A model generated the notes under the pieces. That model ran no database searches. It saw only the letters and a program-made list of their open reading frames with translations, and was not told where the DNA came from. The translations under genes were made by a program, and so were the position numbers. 64,000 bases of DNA, taken from positions 2,864,170 through 2,928,169 of the forward strand of contig OZ244990.1 in the NCBI GenBank assembly GCA_965223205.1. Direction: 5' to 3'. Positions 41,233 to 49,883 of this stretch are shown piece by piece. Source of the DNA: Candidatus Eiseniibacteriota bacterium. GTDB taxonomy: Bacteria; Eisenbacteria; RBG-16-71-46; CAVPCR01; CBDCWB01. How positions within the stretch are numbered: position 1 is the first letter of the stretch; every line of letters starts with the position of its first letter.

Positions 41233-41337
41233 GGTCGCGGTTGGACTTTTGCGTAGTTTCTCGGTGCGTTTCAAGCGTCAGAGTGCGATGACGCCGTGTC
41301 ATCGCGATGATCTCGTACGAAGCGTGCGCTTTTGTTG

Positions 41338-41366
41338 TTGACACGCGCCCGATCGATTCAATAGCC
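41338..41366 (+). promoter_or_regulatory. Candidate promoter for the HU gene (-35 TTGACA at 41338-41343; weak -10 around 41361-41367)
   Basis: Perfect -35 hexamer in an AT-richer gap; strong AAAGGAGGTGA ribosome-binding site at 41387-41397 before the ATG at 41402. Confidence 0.3.
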
Positions 41367-41401
41367 TGCCCCCGTTCCTTCGCCGAAAGGAGGTGAACGG
41401 C

Positions 41402-41704
41402 ATGAACAAGACTGAATTGACAGCGGCTCTCGCCGACAAGGTTGGTCTCACGTTGAAAGACGCGAAGCTAACTGTCGACGCCATGTTCTCGACTGAACCC
41501 CGTGAAGGCATCATTGCTTCCGAGCTCGCGGCGGGCAGGAAAGTGACTGTCACTGGGTTTGGGACATTCGAGACGCGCAAGCGCAAGGCTCGTGAAGGTC
41601 GCAATCCGCAGACCGGGGAACCGATCAAGATTGCGGCGGCGCGCTATCCGGCCTTCCATCCAGGCAAGGCTTTGAAGGATCGCGTCAAGAAGAAGCGGCG
41701 CTAG
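41402..41704 (+). CDS. HU-family nucleoid-associated DNA-binding protein
   Basis: MNKTELTAALADKVGLT...GFGTFETRKRKAREGRNPQTGEPIKIAA...F.PGKALKD, the canonical HU/IHF fold signature; C-terminal lysine-rich tail. Confidence 0.9.
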   Translation: MNKTELTAALADKVGLTLKDAKLTVDAMFSTEPREGIIASELAAGRKVTVTGFGTFETRKRKAREGRNPQTGEPIKIAAARYPAFHPGKALKDRVKKKRR

Positions 41705-41728
41705 CCGACCTCGATTCTCGAGGACCCA

Positions 41729-41762
41729 GGGGTGCTCCGTAGTTGGGGCACCCCGCTTTTTT
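41729..41762 (+). terminator. Intrinsic terminator downstream of the HU gene
   Basis: GGGGTGC...GCACCCC hairpin (41729-41754) followed by GC and TTTTTT (41757-41762). Confidence 0.6.
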
Positions 41763-41940
41763 GTGGGGCAAAACCCTCCCCTGCGGGGGGCCGTCCTCGA
41801 GCTTTGGCGCGCTTTTGACCCTTCGCTGCCCGGCCAGCGGCTACCATGGTGCTCGAACTTGTAGGGTGGCAGCGTCTACCCTAAGCCGATATAGTTGCCC
41901 GGGTTCCACGATTGACCTTAATGGGTGCTGAGGAGTGAGC

Positions 41941-42081
41941 ATGTTGAAGTGGTTGAGCGCCATTGCCCTGGTGGCGTCCCTCGGAATGCAGGGGGACGCC
42001 CGCGCCGAACGCTCGGAGGAAGTCGAGCTGCTGATCATCAGTTCCGCCTCCAATCGCGGCGAAGTCGATCCCTGCGGGTGA
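41941..42081 (+). other. Signal-peptide-encoding 5' segment, in frame with the downstream cytochrome ORF and terminated by a single in-frame TGA (42079-42081)
   Basis: GGAG 5 nt upstream of the ATG at 41941. Encodes MLKWLSAIALVASLGMQGDARA|ERSEEVELLIISSASNRGEVDPCG then TGA. Same frame as 42145..43293, with no other stop in between. Confidence 0.5.
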
Positions 42082-42144
42082 AAAAAGTCCCAGAAGGGGG
42101 GGCTAGCCCGGCGGGCTTGCCTAGTCGACTCAGTCAGAACACAT

Positions 42145-43293
42145 GTGGATGACCAACTCCTGCTCGTAGACGGCGGCGACTACACCCATCCCAACATGAC
42201 CAAGGACGACCGCTTGAACTGGTTTGTCCTGGAGGCCATGGGGCGGATGGGCTACGACGCCATGACCTTGGGCGAGCTCGAGTTGTACCGCGGTGCCGAG
42301 TACGTCGAACGCATTCTTGCCGAGAGTCAGGTACCGGTGGCCTTGGCCAACGTTTTCTTCGCTGACACCGGCGAGCGGGTAGGTGCCGAGACGGTCGTCG
42401 TCGACAAGAGCGGCGTCAAGATCGGCATTCTCGGCCTCATGGGTCAGGACTTTGGTGAGGGCGTTGCCAAGTTTGAGGGGCTCGGTTTCCGCATCGACGA
42501 TCCGTTCGAAGTGGCTGCCAAAGTGGTGCCCGAACTCAGCTCCCAGGTCGACGTGGTAGTTGTCCTGTCCCATGCACCCTCGGCTGACACCTTCCAGCTG
42601 CCCAAGCAGGTGAACGGCATCGACCTTCTGGTTTTCGGGCACTACCCGGGCACCGTGGCCGCGACGCAGGTCGACGGTGCTGTGACCATCCGCTCGGGCC
42701 AGCGCGGCCAGCACATCGCCGAGACCCGCGTGGTGATCAACCCGGAAAACGAAGTGGTGACATACGAGGGCAAGGCGACAGCGTTGCTTATCGATACTTT
42801 CTGCGAGGACCCGACCCTGGCAGAGGAGCTCACCTCGCTCAAAGACGATGTCGAGGCCGACCAGCGCAAGTCGCAGCTTGAGGAGGAGATTCGCAGCCAG
42901 TCCTCCAAGTTGGTCTTGGGCCAGGACCACTTCATGGGCGATGCCAAGTGCTCCCGCTGCCACGCCGACATTTACAGCCATTGGCAGGAAACACCGCACG
43001 CCCGCGCCTTTCAGACGCTGGTCGACGATCAGGCGGCTGAGAACTCCGAGTGCCTCAAGTGCCACGTCACCGGTTTTCAGCTAGCCGGGGGCTTTCAGGG
43101 AGTGGGTGCCGACGCGGATATGCGCAACGTCCAGTGCGAGGCGTGTCACGACATGGGTACCCGCCACAACATGATCGACGCCAAGCCGGTGGGCGAAGTC
43201 GCCTGCCTGGGGTGTCACGACCAGGAGAACAGCCCGGCGTTCGACTTCGAGTCCTACTGGGCTGAGATCGCCCACCCCAAACCAAGCGATTAG
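42145..43293 (+). CDS. Calcineurin-like/5'-nucleotidase-like (degenerate metallophosphatase) domain fused to a C-terminal tetrahaem c-type cytochrome; ORF as given. The biological gene probably begins at 41941 if the TGA is read through.
   Basis: Four CxxCH haem-binding motifs (CSRCH, CLKCH, CEACH, CLGCH) in the last 120 aa; N-terminal LLLVDGGDY...GELELYRG resembles metallophosphatase motifs II/III. The GTG start at 42145 has no ribosome-binding site and no signal peptide. Confidence 0.7.
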   Translation: MDDQLLLVDGGDYTHPNMTKDDRLNWFVLEAMGRMGYDAMTLGELELYRGAEYVERILAESQVPVALANVFFADTGERVGAETVVVDKSGVKIGILGLMGQDFGEGVAKFEGLGFRIDDPFEVAAKVVPELSSQVDVVVVLSHAPSADTFQLPKQVNGIDLLVFGHYPGTVAATQVDGAVTIRSGQRGQHIAETRVVINPENEVVTYEGKATALLIDTFCEDPTLAEELTSLKDDVEADQRKSQLEEEIRSQSSKLVLGQDHFMGDAKCSRCHADIYSHWQETPHARAFQTLVDDQAAENSECLKCHVTGFQLAGGFQGVGADADMRNVQCEACHDMGTRHNMIDAKPVGEVACLGCHDQENSPAFDFESYWAEIAHPKPSD

Positions 43294-43325
43294 CCTCGCC
43301 CGGACGGCCGGCTTGGAGTAAAGTG

Positions 43326-43356
43326 GATGCCCCGCAGGCGCTGGCTGCGGGGCATC
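43326..43356 (+). promoter_or_regulatory. Perfect 12-bp inverted repeat with 7-nt spacer (GATGCCCCGCAG-gcgctgg-CTGCGGGGCATC) upstream of the cystathionine beta-synthase gene
   Basis: Read directly from the sequence; lies between the cytochrome stop (43293) and the CBS start (43382). No U-tract follows. Confidence 0.5.
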
Positions 43357-43381
43357 AGCTGTATCAAAGCGTGGAGGCAAC

Positions 43382-44761
43382 ATGTCGGATCGCTCCAAGG
43401 TTCGCTACGCCGAGAACATTGTCGACACTATCGGCAACACGCCTCTGGTCCGTCTCAACGCCGTCGCCCGCGGCGTGCGGCCGCTGGTGCTCGCCAAGGT
43501 GGAGTCGTTCAACCCCGGCGGCAGCGTCAAAGACCGCATCGGCTACCACATTGTCGACGCTGCTGAGAGGGAGGGATTGCTCGAGGCTGGTGGTACCATC
43601 GTCGAAGCAACCTCGGGCAACACCGGCTGCGGGCTGGCGATGGTGGCGGCGACCCGCGGCTACCGGGCGATCTTCACGATGCCCGACAAGATGAGCCAGG
43701 AGAAGATCAATCTCTTGAAAGCCTACGGCGCCGACGTGCACGTGGCGCCGACGGCGGTGGCTCCCGACCACCCCGACAGCTACTACGAAGTCGCCAAGCG
43801 CTTGGCTCGTGAGATCCCCGGCGCCTTTCTGGCCAACCAGTACTTCAATCCCGCCAATCCCCGGTCGCACGTCGTGACCACCGGGCCCGAGCTGTGGGAG
43901 CAGACCGGCGGTGAACTCGACGTGTTTGTGGCTGGCATGGGCACTGGCGGCACCATCTCCGGCGTCGGTCAGTACTTGAAGGAGCGCAAGCCCTCGGTGA
44001 GCGTGGTGGGTGCCGACCCCGACGGTTCGATCCTCTGCCATTACTTCGAGACCGGCCAGATGATCGAGGCGCGCACCTACAAGACCGAAGGCGTCGGGGA
44101 GGACATCATCCCCGGCACTACCAACTTCGACGTGATCGACCGAGTGGTGACGGTTACCGACAAGGAAGCTCTGAACATGGCGCGCCGCGTGTCGCGCGAG
44201 GATGGGATCCTGATCGGTGGGTCTGGCGGCATGGCGGTGGTGGCGGCGCTGAAAATCGCCGCCGAGTTGGACGAGTCTAAGATCATCGTTGTCTTGTTGC
44301 CCGACACCGGCGAGCGCTATCTCTCCAAGGTGCACTCGGACGAGTGGATGCGCGACAACTGCTTGTTGGATGTGCATGACGTCAGCGTTCAAGACGTCCT
44401 GGGGGGCAAGCCGGAGTCGGTCCCCGGTCTCCTCAAGGTGGCCAAAGACGACCCGGTGCGGGCGGCCTTGGACTTGGTGCGCAACTACAACGTCTCACAG
44501 TTGCCGGTGATGGATGGCGAGCGGGTGGTAGGTTGCGTCGAAGAGACGCAGCTCATGTCTCGCGTCCTCGAGAACGCCGGTGCCTTGGATGAACCGGTGT
44601 CCAGCGTCATGTCTGCGCCCCTACCGGTCATCGAGGCGGGGAGTTCGGTGGTGGAGGCCCTGCAGTTTTTGGCCGATCGGAACGCCGTCCTAGTGCGCGA
44701 AAACGGCGGTGCCTGTGGCATTCTGACCCGCTTCGATCTCATCGAGTACGTCACCTCGTAG
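43382..44761 (+). CDS. Cystathionine beta-synthase (PLP-dependent cysteine synthase fold plus tandem CBS-pair regulatory domains)
   Basis: GNTPLVRL, PLP-lysine motif FNPGGSVKDR, SGNTG, then a C-terminal Bateman (CBS-pair) module. Confidence 0.9.
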   Translation: MSDRSKVRYAENIVDTIGNTPLVRLNAVARGVRPLVLAKVESFNPGGSVKDRIGYHIVDAAEREGLLEAGGTIVEATSGNTGCGLAMVAATRGYRAIFTMPDKMSQEKINLLKAYGADVHVAPTAVAPDHPDSYYEVAKRLAREIPGAFLANQYFNPANPRSHVVTTGPELWEQTGGELDVFVAGMGTGGTISGVGQYLKERKPSVSVVGADPDGSILCHYFETGQMIEARTYKTEGVGEDIIPGTTNFDVIDRVVTVTDKEALNMARRVSREDGILIGGSGGMAVVAALKIAAELDESKIIVVLLPDTGERYLSKVHSDEWMRDNCLLDVHDVSVQDVLGGKPESVPGLLKVAKDDPVRAALDLVRNYNVSQLPVMDGERVVGCVEETQLMSRVLENAGALDEPVSSVMSAPLPVIEAGSSVVEALQFLADRNAVLVRENGGACGILTRFDLIEYVTS

Positions 44762-44765
44762 GCCC

Positions 44766-45932
44766 ATGTCGCGTTCGCCGAGGACGGGGGGGCTGGCGAC
44801 CCGGGCGGTGCACGCTGGCCAGGTGCCCGACCCGACCACCGGCGCCGTGGTGCCACCGATCTACCAAACGTCGACCTATGCCCAGCCGCGTTTGGGGGAG
44901 CACCAGGGCTACCAGTACGCCCGCGGCGCCAACCCCACTCGCACCTCCCTTGAGGAGGCGCTGGCTGCACTCGAGGGCGCTTCCGGGGCGCTGGCGTTTG
45001 CCTCAGGGATGGCGGCAGTCGACGCCACGGTGGCGCCCTTGTCGGCCGGCGCGCACCTCGTTGCCTCCGCCGACATGTACGGCGGAACCTACCGCCTGTT
45101 CGAATCCTTGCTCGGTCAGCGGGGCGTCGCAGTGACCTACGCCGACACCACCGAGGTCGCGGCGGTGGAGGCGGCGCTGAGGCCAGAGACCGAACTCTTG
45201 TTTGTGGAGACGCCCTCCAATCCGCTCATGCGGGTGTCCGATTTGGCGGCGCTGGCCTCCCTTGCCAAGGCGCGGCGGCTGCGCACGGTGTGTGACAACA
45301 CGTTTTTGACCCCCTACCTCCAGAACCCGCTGGCCCTGGGGTTCGACGCGGTGGTGCACTCGACCACCAAGTACCTGAATGGTCACTCGGATGCGGTGGG
45401 CGGCGCGGTGGTGTCGAGTGATGAGGCGTGGTTGGGTGTCCTGGCAGCCTACCGCAACACCGCCGGCGCGGTCCCGGGACCCTTTGACTGCTGGCTGGTG
45501 GCGCGCGGCATCAAGACCCTGCCGGTGCGGATGGAGCGACACACCGAGAACGCCAGCCACCTCGCCCGCGTGTTGGAAGACGACTCGCGCGTCGCCCAGG
45601 TCTACTATCCCGGTCTGCCCGCCCATCCACACCACGCCCGCAGTGCTCGCCAGGCGCGCGGCGCCGGCGGCATGCTGGCCGTCGAATTGGGGAGTGAGGC
45701 GAGCGCCAAGCGATTCATGGAGGCGGCGCGCGTTCTGACCCTGGCGGAAAGCCTGGGCGGTGTTGAAAGCCTCATGTGCTATCCGCGCAGCATGACCCAC
45801 GGCTTCCTCACCGAGTCACGTCGCCTCGAGTTGGGCATCACGCCCGGTTTGGTGCGATTGTCGGTCGGGATCGAAGACGCCGAGGACTTGGTTCTCGACG
45901 TCAAAGAGGCGCTGGCAGAGGCTTTCGCTTGA
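44766..45932 (+). CDS. Cystathionine gamma-lyase / gamma-synthase family PLP enzyme
   Basis: Cys/Met-metabolism PLP-enzyme motifs (YARGANPT, FASGMAA, PLP-lysine region VVHSTTKYLNGHSD). 4 nt downstream of the CBS gene. Confidence 0.85.
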   Translation: MSRSPRTGGLATRAVHAGQVPDPTTGAVVPPIYQTSTYAQPRLGEHQGYQYARGANPTRTSLEEALAALEGASGALAFASGMAAVDATVAPLSAGAHLVASADMYGGTYRLFESLLGQRGVAVTYADTTEVAAVEAALRPETELLFVETPSNPLMRVSDLAALASLAKARRLRTVCDNTFLTPYLQNPLALGFDAVVHSTTKYLNGHSDAVGGAVVSSDEAWLGVLAAYRNTAGAVPGPFDCWLVARGIKTLPVRMERHTENASHLARVLEDDSRVAQVYYPGLPAHPHHARSARQARGAGGMLAVELGSEASAKRFMEAARVLTLAESLGGVESLMCYPRSMTHGFLTESRRLELGITPGLVRLSVGIEDAEDLVLDVKEALAEAFA

Positions 45933-46051
45933 CCATGGGCCATCCACTGCTACACTGCCGCCACTTCCGTCTCGTGCCCCGCCCCCGCGGCCCCTTTTCG
46001 CCTCACCGTGCGGCGCTTCTAGCGCGCGCGGCGCGTAGGTTGGGCTGATAC

Positions 46052-47755
46052 GTGCACGTCTGGGTCATCCAAACAGACCGCCGCCTTGGTCTCCTGGTGG
46101 CTCTACTCATCGCTGCGACCTTCTCTGCGGCGTGTCGCGTCAAGCCGCCGGCCGATCCCGTCCAAGCACCCAGCCGGCTCCACGGCGGCGTCTTTCGCTA
46201 CGCCGAGAGTTCCGACCTGCCGGCCCTGGATCCGGTGCGCTGCGACGACACGGCGTCCACCCATGCTGCGACGCAGCTCTACGAGGGCCTGGTAGCGCTG
46301 GGTGACGACCTCCAGCCCGAGCCGGCTTTGGCTGAGCGCTGGACGGTCTCGGCGGATGGCTTGGAGTGGCGTTTTCAGCTGCGCACCGACGCCTTCTATC
46401 ACGATGACCCGTGCTTTGCCGGCGGCCGCGGCCGGGCGCTGACCGCGGCCGATGTGAAGCTTAACTTCGAGCGCCTGTGCGATCCCGAGTCGGGGAGCAC
46501 CGGCTACTGGATTTTTGCCGGCAAGATCGCCGGTGCCGACGCCTTTCATCAGGGGCGAGCACCAGGAGTCCGTGGCTTCTCGGCGCCGAGTCCCGACGTT
46601 TTCGTCGTGCGACTCACCCGCCCATACGCGCCGCTCCTCCGACTGATGGCGATGCCCTATGCGCTGGTTGTCGCCCCCGAAGCGATCCAGCGCTACGGTG
46701 AGCGCCTGGATCGCCACCCGGTCGGCACCGGTCCGTTTCGGCTGGCCGCCTGGGCCGCGGGCGAAGGGCTGGAGATGGTACGTCACCCGCGCTACTGGGG
46801 AAGGGATGCCGACGGGCGCCAGCTGCCCTACCTGGATGGCGTTCAGGTCATTTTTGAGCCGGACGCAGCCCGCCAGGTGGCGCTTTTCGAGCGCGGCGCG
46901 TTGGAGCAACTCTATCCCATCCCGAGCGACTACTTCGCGGAGTTGGTAGTGCCCGAGGGCGGCGTTCGCACGGGAGTTGGCAACTTTGTGATTCAGTCGG
47001 CCCCCGAGTTGGACGTCCAGTATTACGGGATGCGCATGGACGCGCCGCCGTTTCAAGGAAACCGGGCGCTACGCCAGGCATTGAACTACGCGGTCGATCG
47101 CCGGGCGTTGGTGGACGAGGTGCTGCGCCGCGGCACTCCGGCGCACCACGGTGTGCTGCCGCCGGGCTTGCCCGGCTTCAACCCGGCGCTCGAGGGCTAC
47201 CGCTACGACCCGGAGCTGGCCCGCTCGCTGTTGACCGCGGCCGGCTACCCGGACGGACGAGGCCTTTCCGAGATGACGCTCGAAGTCAACGCCGGGGGCA
47301 CGGCCACCGTCGAGGTTGCCGAGGCGGTGGCCGCGCAGCTCGGGCGACTGGGCCTCCGCGTGCGCGTCGAAGCCCGGCCTTGGCCGGAGCACCTGCGGCG
47401 GGTCGAGGAAGGCGAAGCACCGTTGTTCCGCATGGCGTGGTTGGCCGACTACCCCGATCCCGAGAACTTCTTGGCGTTGTTTTACAGCGCTCACTGGGCA
47501 CCCCGTGGCCCTAACACCACCCACTACGCCAACCCTGCCTTCGACCGCCTGTTCGAGCAGGCGCTCTCCACGGCGGATACGGCGGCGCGCGATGCGCTCT
47601 ACCACCAAGCCGAGGCGCTGGTGGTCGAGGACGCGCCCTGGATTTTTCTCTTCCACGCCGAAAGCTACAGGCTCATCCAACCCTGGGTGCGGGGCTACCC
47701 CATCAACCCGCTCGACTACCGGGTTCTCAAGCGGGTTCGGCTTGCGCAGCCTTAG
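46052..47755 (+). CDS. ABC transporter substrate-binding protein, family 5 (Opp/Dpp-like), lipoprotein
   Basis: Lipoprotein-type signal (LIAATFSAAC) and SBP_bac_5-type motifs (HPVGTGPFRLAAW...RHPRYWG). No cognate permease or ATPase genes in the window. Confidence 0.8.
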   Translation: MHVWVIQTDRRLGLLVALLIAATFSAACRVKPPADPVQAPSRLHGGVFRYAESSDLPALDPVRCDDTASTHAATQLYEGLVALGDDLQPEPALAERWTVSADGLEWRFQLRTDAFYHDDPCFAGGRGRALTAADVKLNFERLCDPESGSTGYWIFAGKIAGADAFHQGRAPGVRGFSAPSPDVFVVRLTRPYAPLLRLMAMPYALVVAPEAIQRYGERLDRHPVGTGPFRLAAWAAGEGLEMVRHPRYWGRDADGRQLPYLDGVQVIFEPDAARQVALFERGALEQLYPIPSDYFAELVVPEGGVRTGVGNFVIQSAPELDVQYYGMRMDAPPFQGNRALRQALNYAVDRRALVDEVLRRGTPAHHGVLPPGLPGFNPALEGYRYDPELARSLLTAAGYPDGRGLSEMTLEVNAGGTATVEVAEAVAAQLGRLGLRVRVEARPWPEHLRRVEEGEAPLFRMAWLADYPDPENFLALFYSAHWAPRGPNTTHYANPAFDRLFEQALSTADTAARDALYHQAEALVVEDAPWIFLFHAESYRLIQPWVRGYPINPLDYRVLKRVRLAQP

Positions 47756-49340
47756 ATTCCCGGTTGTCGCCAGCGCGTTGTTCTTGCTCCTGGGCTTGCC
47801 GTTCTGGGAGTACCGCACGGACGACACCTACATCTTCCTGCGCTACGCCCAGAACTGGGCGGCCGGACTGGGGCCGGCGTTCAACCCGGGGGAGCCGACC
47901 TACGGGTTTTCCAGCCCGCTGTGGTTGGCCGCATTGACCGGTGCCGAGCGCCTCGGGATCGGCGGGCTGACCGCTGCCAAGGTCTTGGCGGTCGCTTGTG
48001 GGGTGGCTTCGGTCTGGGGCTTTTGGTGGTGGGCGCGGGCGTGGCTCCCGGCCAGCGCCGCCGGTTGGGTCACTTGTGCCTGGGCGGCGAACGGTTGGTT
48101 GGTGCGCTGGAGTGCGGCGGGGATGGAAACCGCCCTGATCTTGGCGTGGACGGTGTGGTGCTTGGCGCTCGACGCCCGGGCGTGGCAGCGCCGGGAGGTG
48201 AGTTGGGGGGCGGCGGTGTGCGCGGGCGCTGCCGCGTTGACGCGGCCGGAAGGAGCAATTCTCGCCGCCGTATTGTGCGTTGCCACCGTCTGGCGCGCCG
48301 GTTGGCGCCACGCCCTCGCCCAGGGTGTCATCGTCTCGCTCCTCGTCGTCCCTTGGCTCCTCTATGCGCAGTTCACCTTCGGCGGCTTCCTGCCGATTAC
48401 CGGCGCCGCCAAAGGGACGGTCGGTGTGGCGTGGGGGATCGACCCGCTCCGGGATGTGGCGCGGGCGGTGGCGGCGACCAGCTGTCTTGAAGTTCTATTG
48501 GCCGGCCTCGGCATCGGCTTGGCCCTGGGTGCTGACCGGCGTCCGCCCGGCTGGGGGACGGCGCTCGGTTGGCTCGGTGGTTTGATCCTCTTCTACAGCC
48601 TCACCGGCTTTGACGTCCTGTCGCGCTACGCCCTGCCGATCGTGCCCGTGGTCGTTGTTGCCGGCTTCTGGGAATTGGAGCGCTTGCCGGGTCGCTGGGC
48701 GCCGGGCGTTCTTCTCGCCTTGATGACCGTGTGGTGGGCGTGGGTCGGGGCGCAGGCCGAACTCAGCCCTAGGGTTTGGGGGATAGCGGCGGTGGCCACG
48801 GCAGCCGTGGTGGTGGGACTTCACCACCGGCTGTGGCCCAGGCGATTGGCACTCGCGGCGGCGCTCGTGGTCTTGGGGAATGCCGGTCTTTTGGCCAACG
48901 TCGTCTACCCGCACACCCACGCCTTCTCGCGCGGGGTGATCGACTGCTTCCAGGGGCTCGGTACGTGGTTCGCCGAACACACCGAGCCGGACGCCCAGGT
49001 GGCGATCGCTGATATCGGTGCTTTTGGCTACTATTCGAACCGCCGGGTCGTCGACATGGCGGGTCTCATTACCCCCCAGATGATTCCTTTGGTGGACGCC
49101 TACCCGATCGAGGACATCGCCCGCGGTCTCCTGTTCGAGGGTTTTGCCAGGCCGGCTTACTTGGTGGACCGGGCCGACCAACCGGAGCGGCTCCTGAACC
49201 ACCCGTCGGGGGCGTTCCAACCGTTCGACGGCTCGCCCTGCGCCATTCGGGGACTCGGCGTGCGCTCGCCTGCCACCATTTTCTACACCGCGTATCGGCT
49301 AGACTGGCCCCGCTTCGAGCGCTGGCGCGGCGGGCACTGA
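47742..49340 (+). CDS. Polytopic integral membrane protein, putative GT-C-type glycosyltransferase (ArnT/PMT-like); function uncertain
   Basis: About 12 predicted TM helices with a conserved-looking first loop (RTDDTYIFLRYAQNWAAGLGPAFNPGEPTYGFSSPLW). Start set at the first TTG after the upstream stop; TTG at 47778 is an alternative. The ORF-track start at 47316 is an in-frame extension. Confidence 0.6.
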   Translation: MRSLRFPVVASALFLLLGLPFWEYRTDDTYIFLRYAQNWAAGLGPAFNPGEPTYGFSSPLWLAALTGAERLGIGGLTAAKVLAVACGVASVWGFWWWARAWLPASAAGWVTCAWAANGWLVRWSAAGMETALILAWTVWCLALDARAWQRREVSWGAAVCAGAAALTRPEGAILAAVLCVATVWRAGWRHALAQGVIVSLLVVPWLLYAQFTFGGFLPITGAAKGTVGVAWGIDPLRDVARAVAATSCLEVLLAGLGIGLALGADRRPPGWGTALGWLGGLILFYSLTGFDVLSRYALPIVPVVVVAGFWELERLPGRWAPGVLLALMTVWWAWVGAQAELSPRVWGIAAVATAAVVVGLHHRLWPRRLALAAALVVLGNAGLLANVVYPHTHAFSRGVIDCFQGLGTWFAEHTEPDAQVAIADIGAFGYYSNRRVVDMAGLITPQMIPLVDAYPIEDIARGLLFEGFARPAYLVDRADQPERLLNHPSGAFQPFDGSPCAIRGLGVRSPATIFYTAYRLDWPRFERWRGGH

Positions 49341-49883
49341 ATGGACTGGTCGGCGCTTTTCTCGGGAGCCGGAACCACCCTCGGGTGGGTATGCTTCTAT
49401 CTGGGGCTGGTCGTCGGGCTCCTCTGTATTCCGCTCGGGCTGGGTGGCACCTTCATCATCTTGGCGGACGCTTTGATCTTGGCGCTGGTGACCGAGTTCC
49501 GGACGGTCGGGATCGGTTCCCTGGTGGCCATGGCGGCCCTGGCGGTGCTGGGTGAGGTGATCGAATCGTTCCTGGGGGTGGTGACCGCCCAGCGCTTTGG
49601 TGCTTCGCGGTGGGCGATGTTTGGAACCTTTGCCGGCGGCATCGCCGGCGCCGTCTGGGGAGCACCTTTTGTGCCGGTGGTAGGGAGTTTGTTGGGCGCC
49701 TTCGTCGGCGCCTTCGCTGGTGCCTTTTTGGCGGAAATCTTGTACCGGCGCCACCTAGGTGCGAGTCTGCGGGCAGGGTGGGGCGCGTTTCTCGGGCGAC
49801 TTCTGTCGACCGTCATCAAGTTTCAACTGGGCTTGGTCATGATATGGATTGTCATCTTCGACTTGCGCGGGTGGCGCTCTTGA
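49341..49883 (+). CDS. DUF456-family small membrane protein
   Basis: 180-aa Gly/Ala-rich protein with four TM helices; ATG abuts the upstream stop codon. Confidence 0.7.
   Translation: MDWSALFSGAGTTLGWVCFYLGLVVGLLCIPLGLGGTFIILADALILALVTEFRTVGIGSLVAMAALAVLGEVIESFLGVVTAQRFGASRWAMFGTFAGGIAGAVWGAPFVPVVGSLLGAFVGAFAGAFLAEILYRRHLGASLRAGWGAFLGRLLSTVIKFQLGLVMIWIVIFDLRGWRS

Noticed and set aside
41763-41940. Possible tRNA or small RNA between the HU terminator and the cytochrome gene
   Set aside because: No cloverleaf: no GTTCGAATCC-type T-arm and no acceptor-stem complementarity. More likely the 5' UTR of the cytochrome gene.
42100-42122. Hairpin downstream of the in-frame TGA as a definite SECIS element
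   Set aside because: Position (18 nt after the UGA) is compatible, but the 3-nt GGC loop and lack of an obvious bulged U do not match the canonical fdhF-type SECIS I can recall; kept only as a possibility within the selenoprotein hypothesis.
42130-43065. 311-aa - strand ORF
   Set aside because: Antisense to the cytochrome gene, whose sense frame carries four CxxCH motifs.
47316-47741. N-terminal extension of the membrane-protein ORF
   Set aside because: Overlaps the 3' end of the substrate-binding protein gene in another frame and is not hydrophobic; the start was moved to the first TTG after the upstream stop (start codon remains uncertain).
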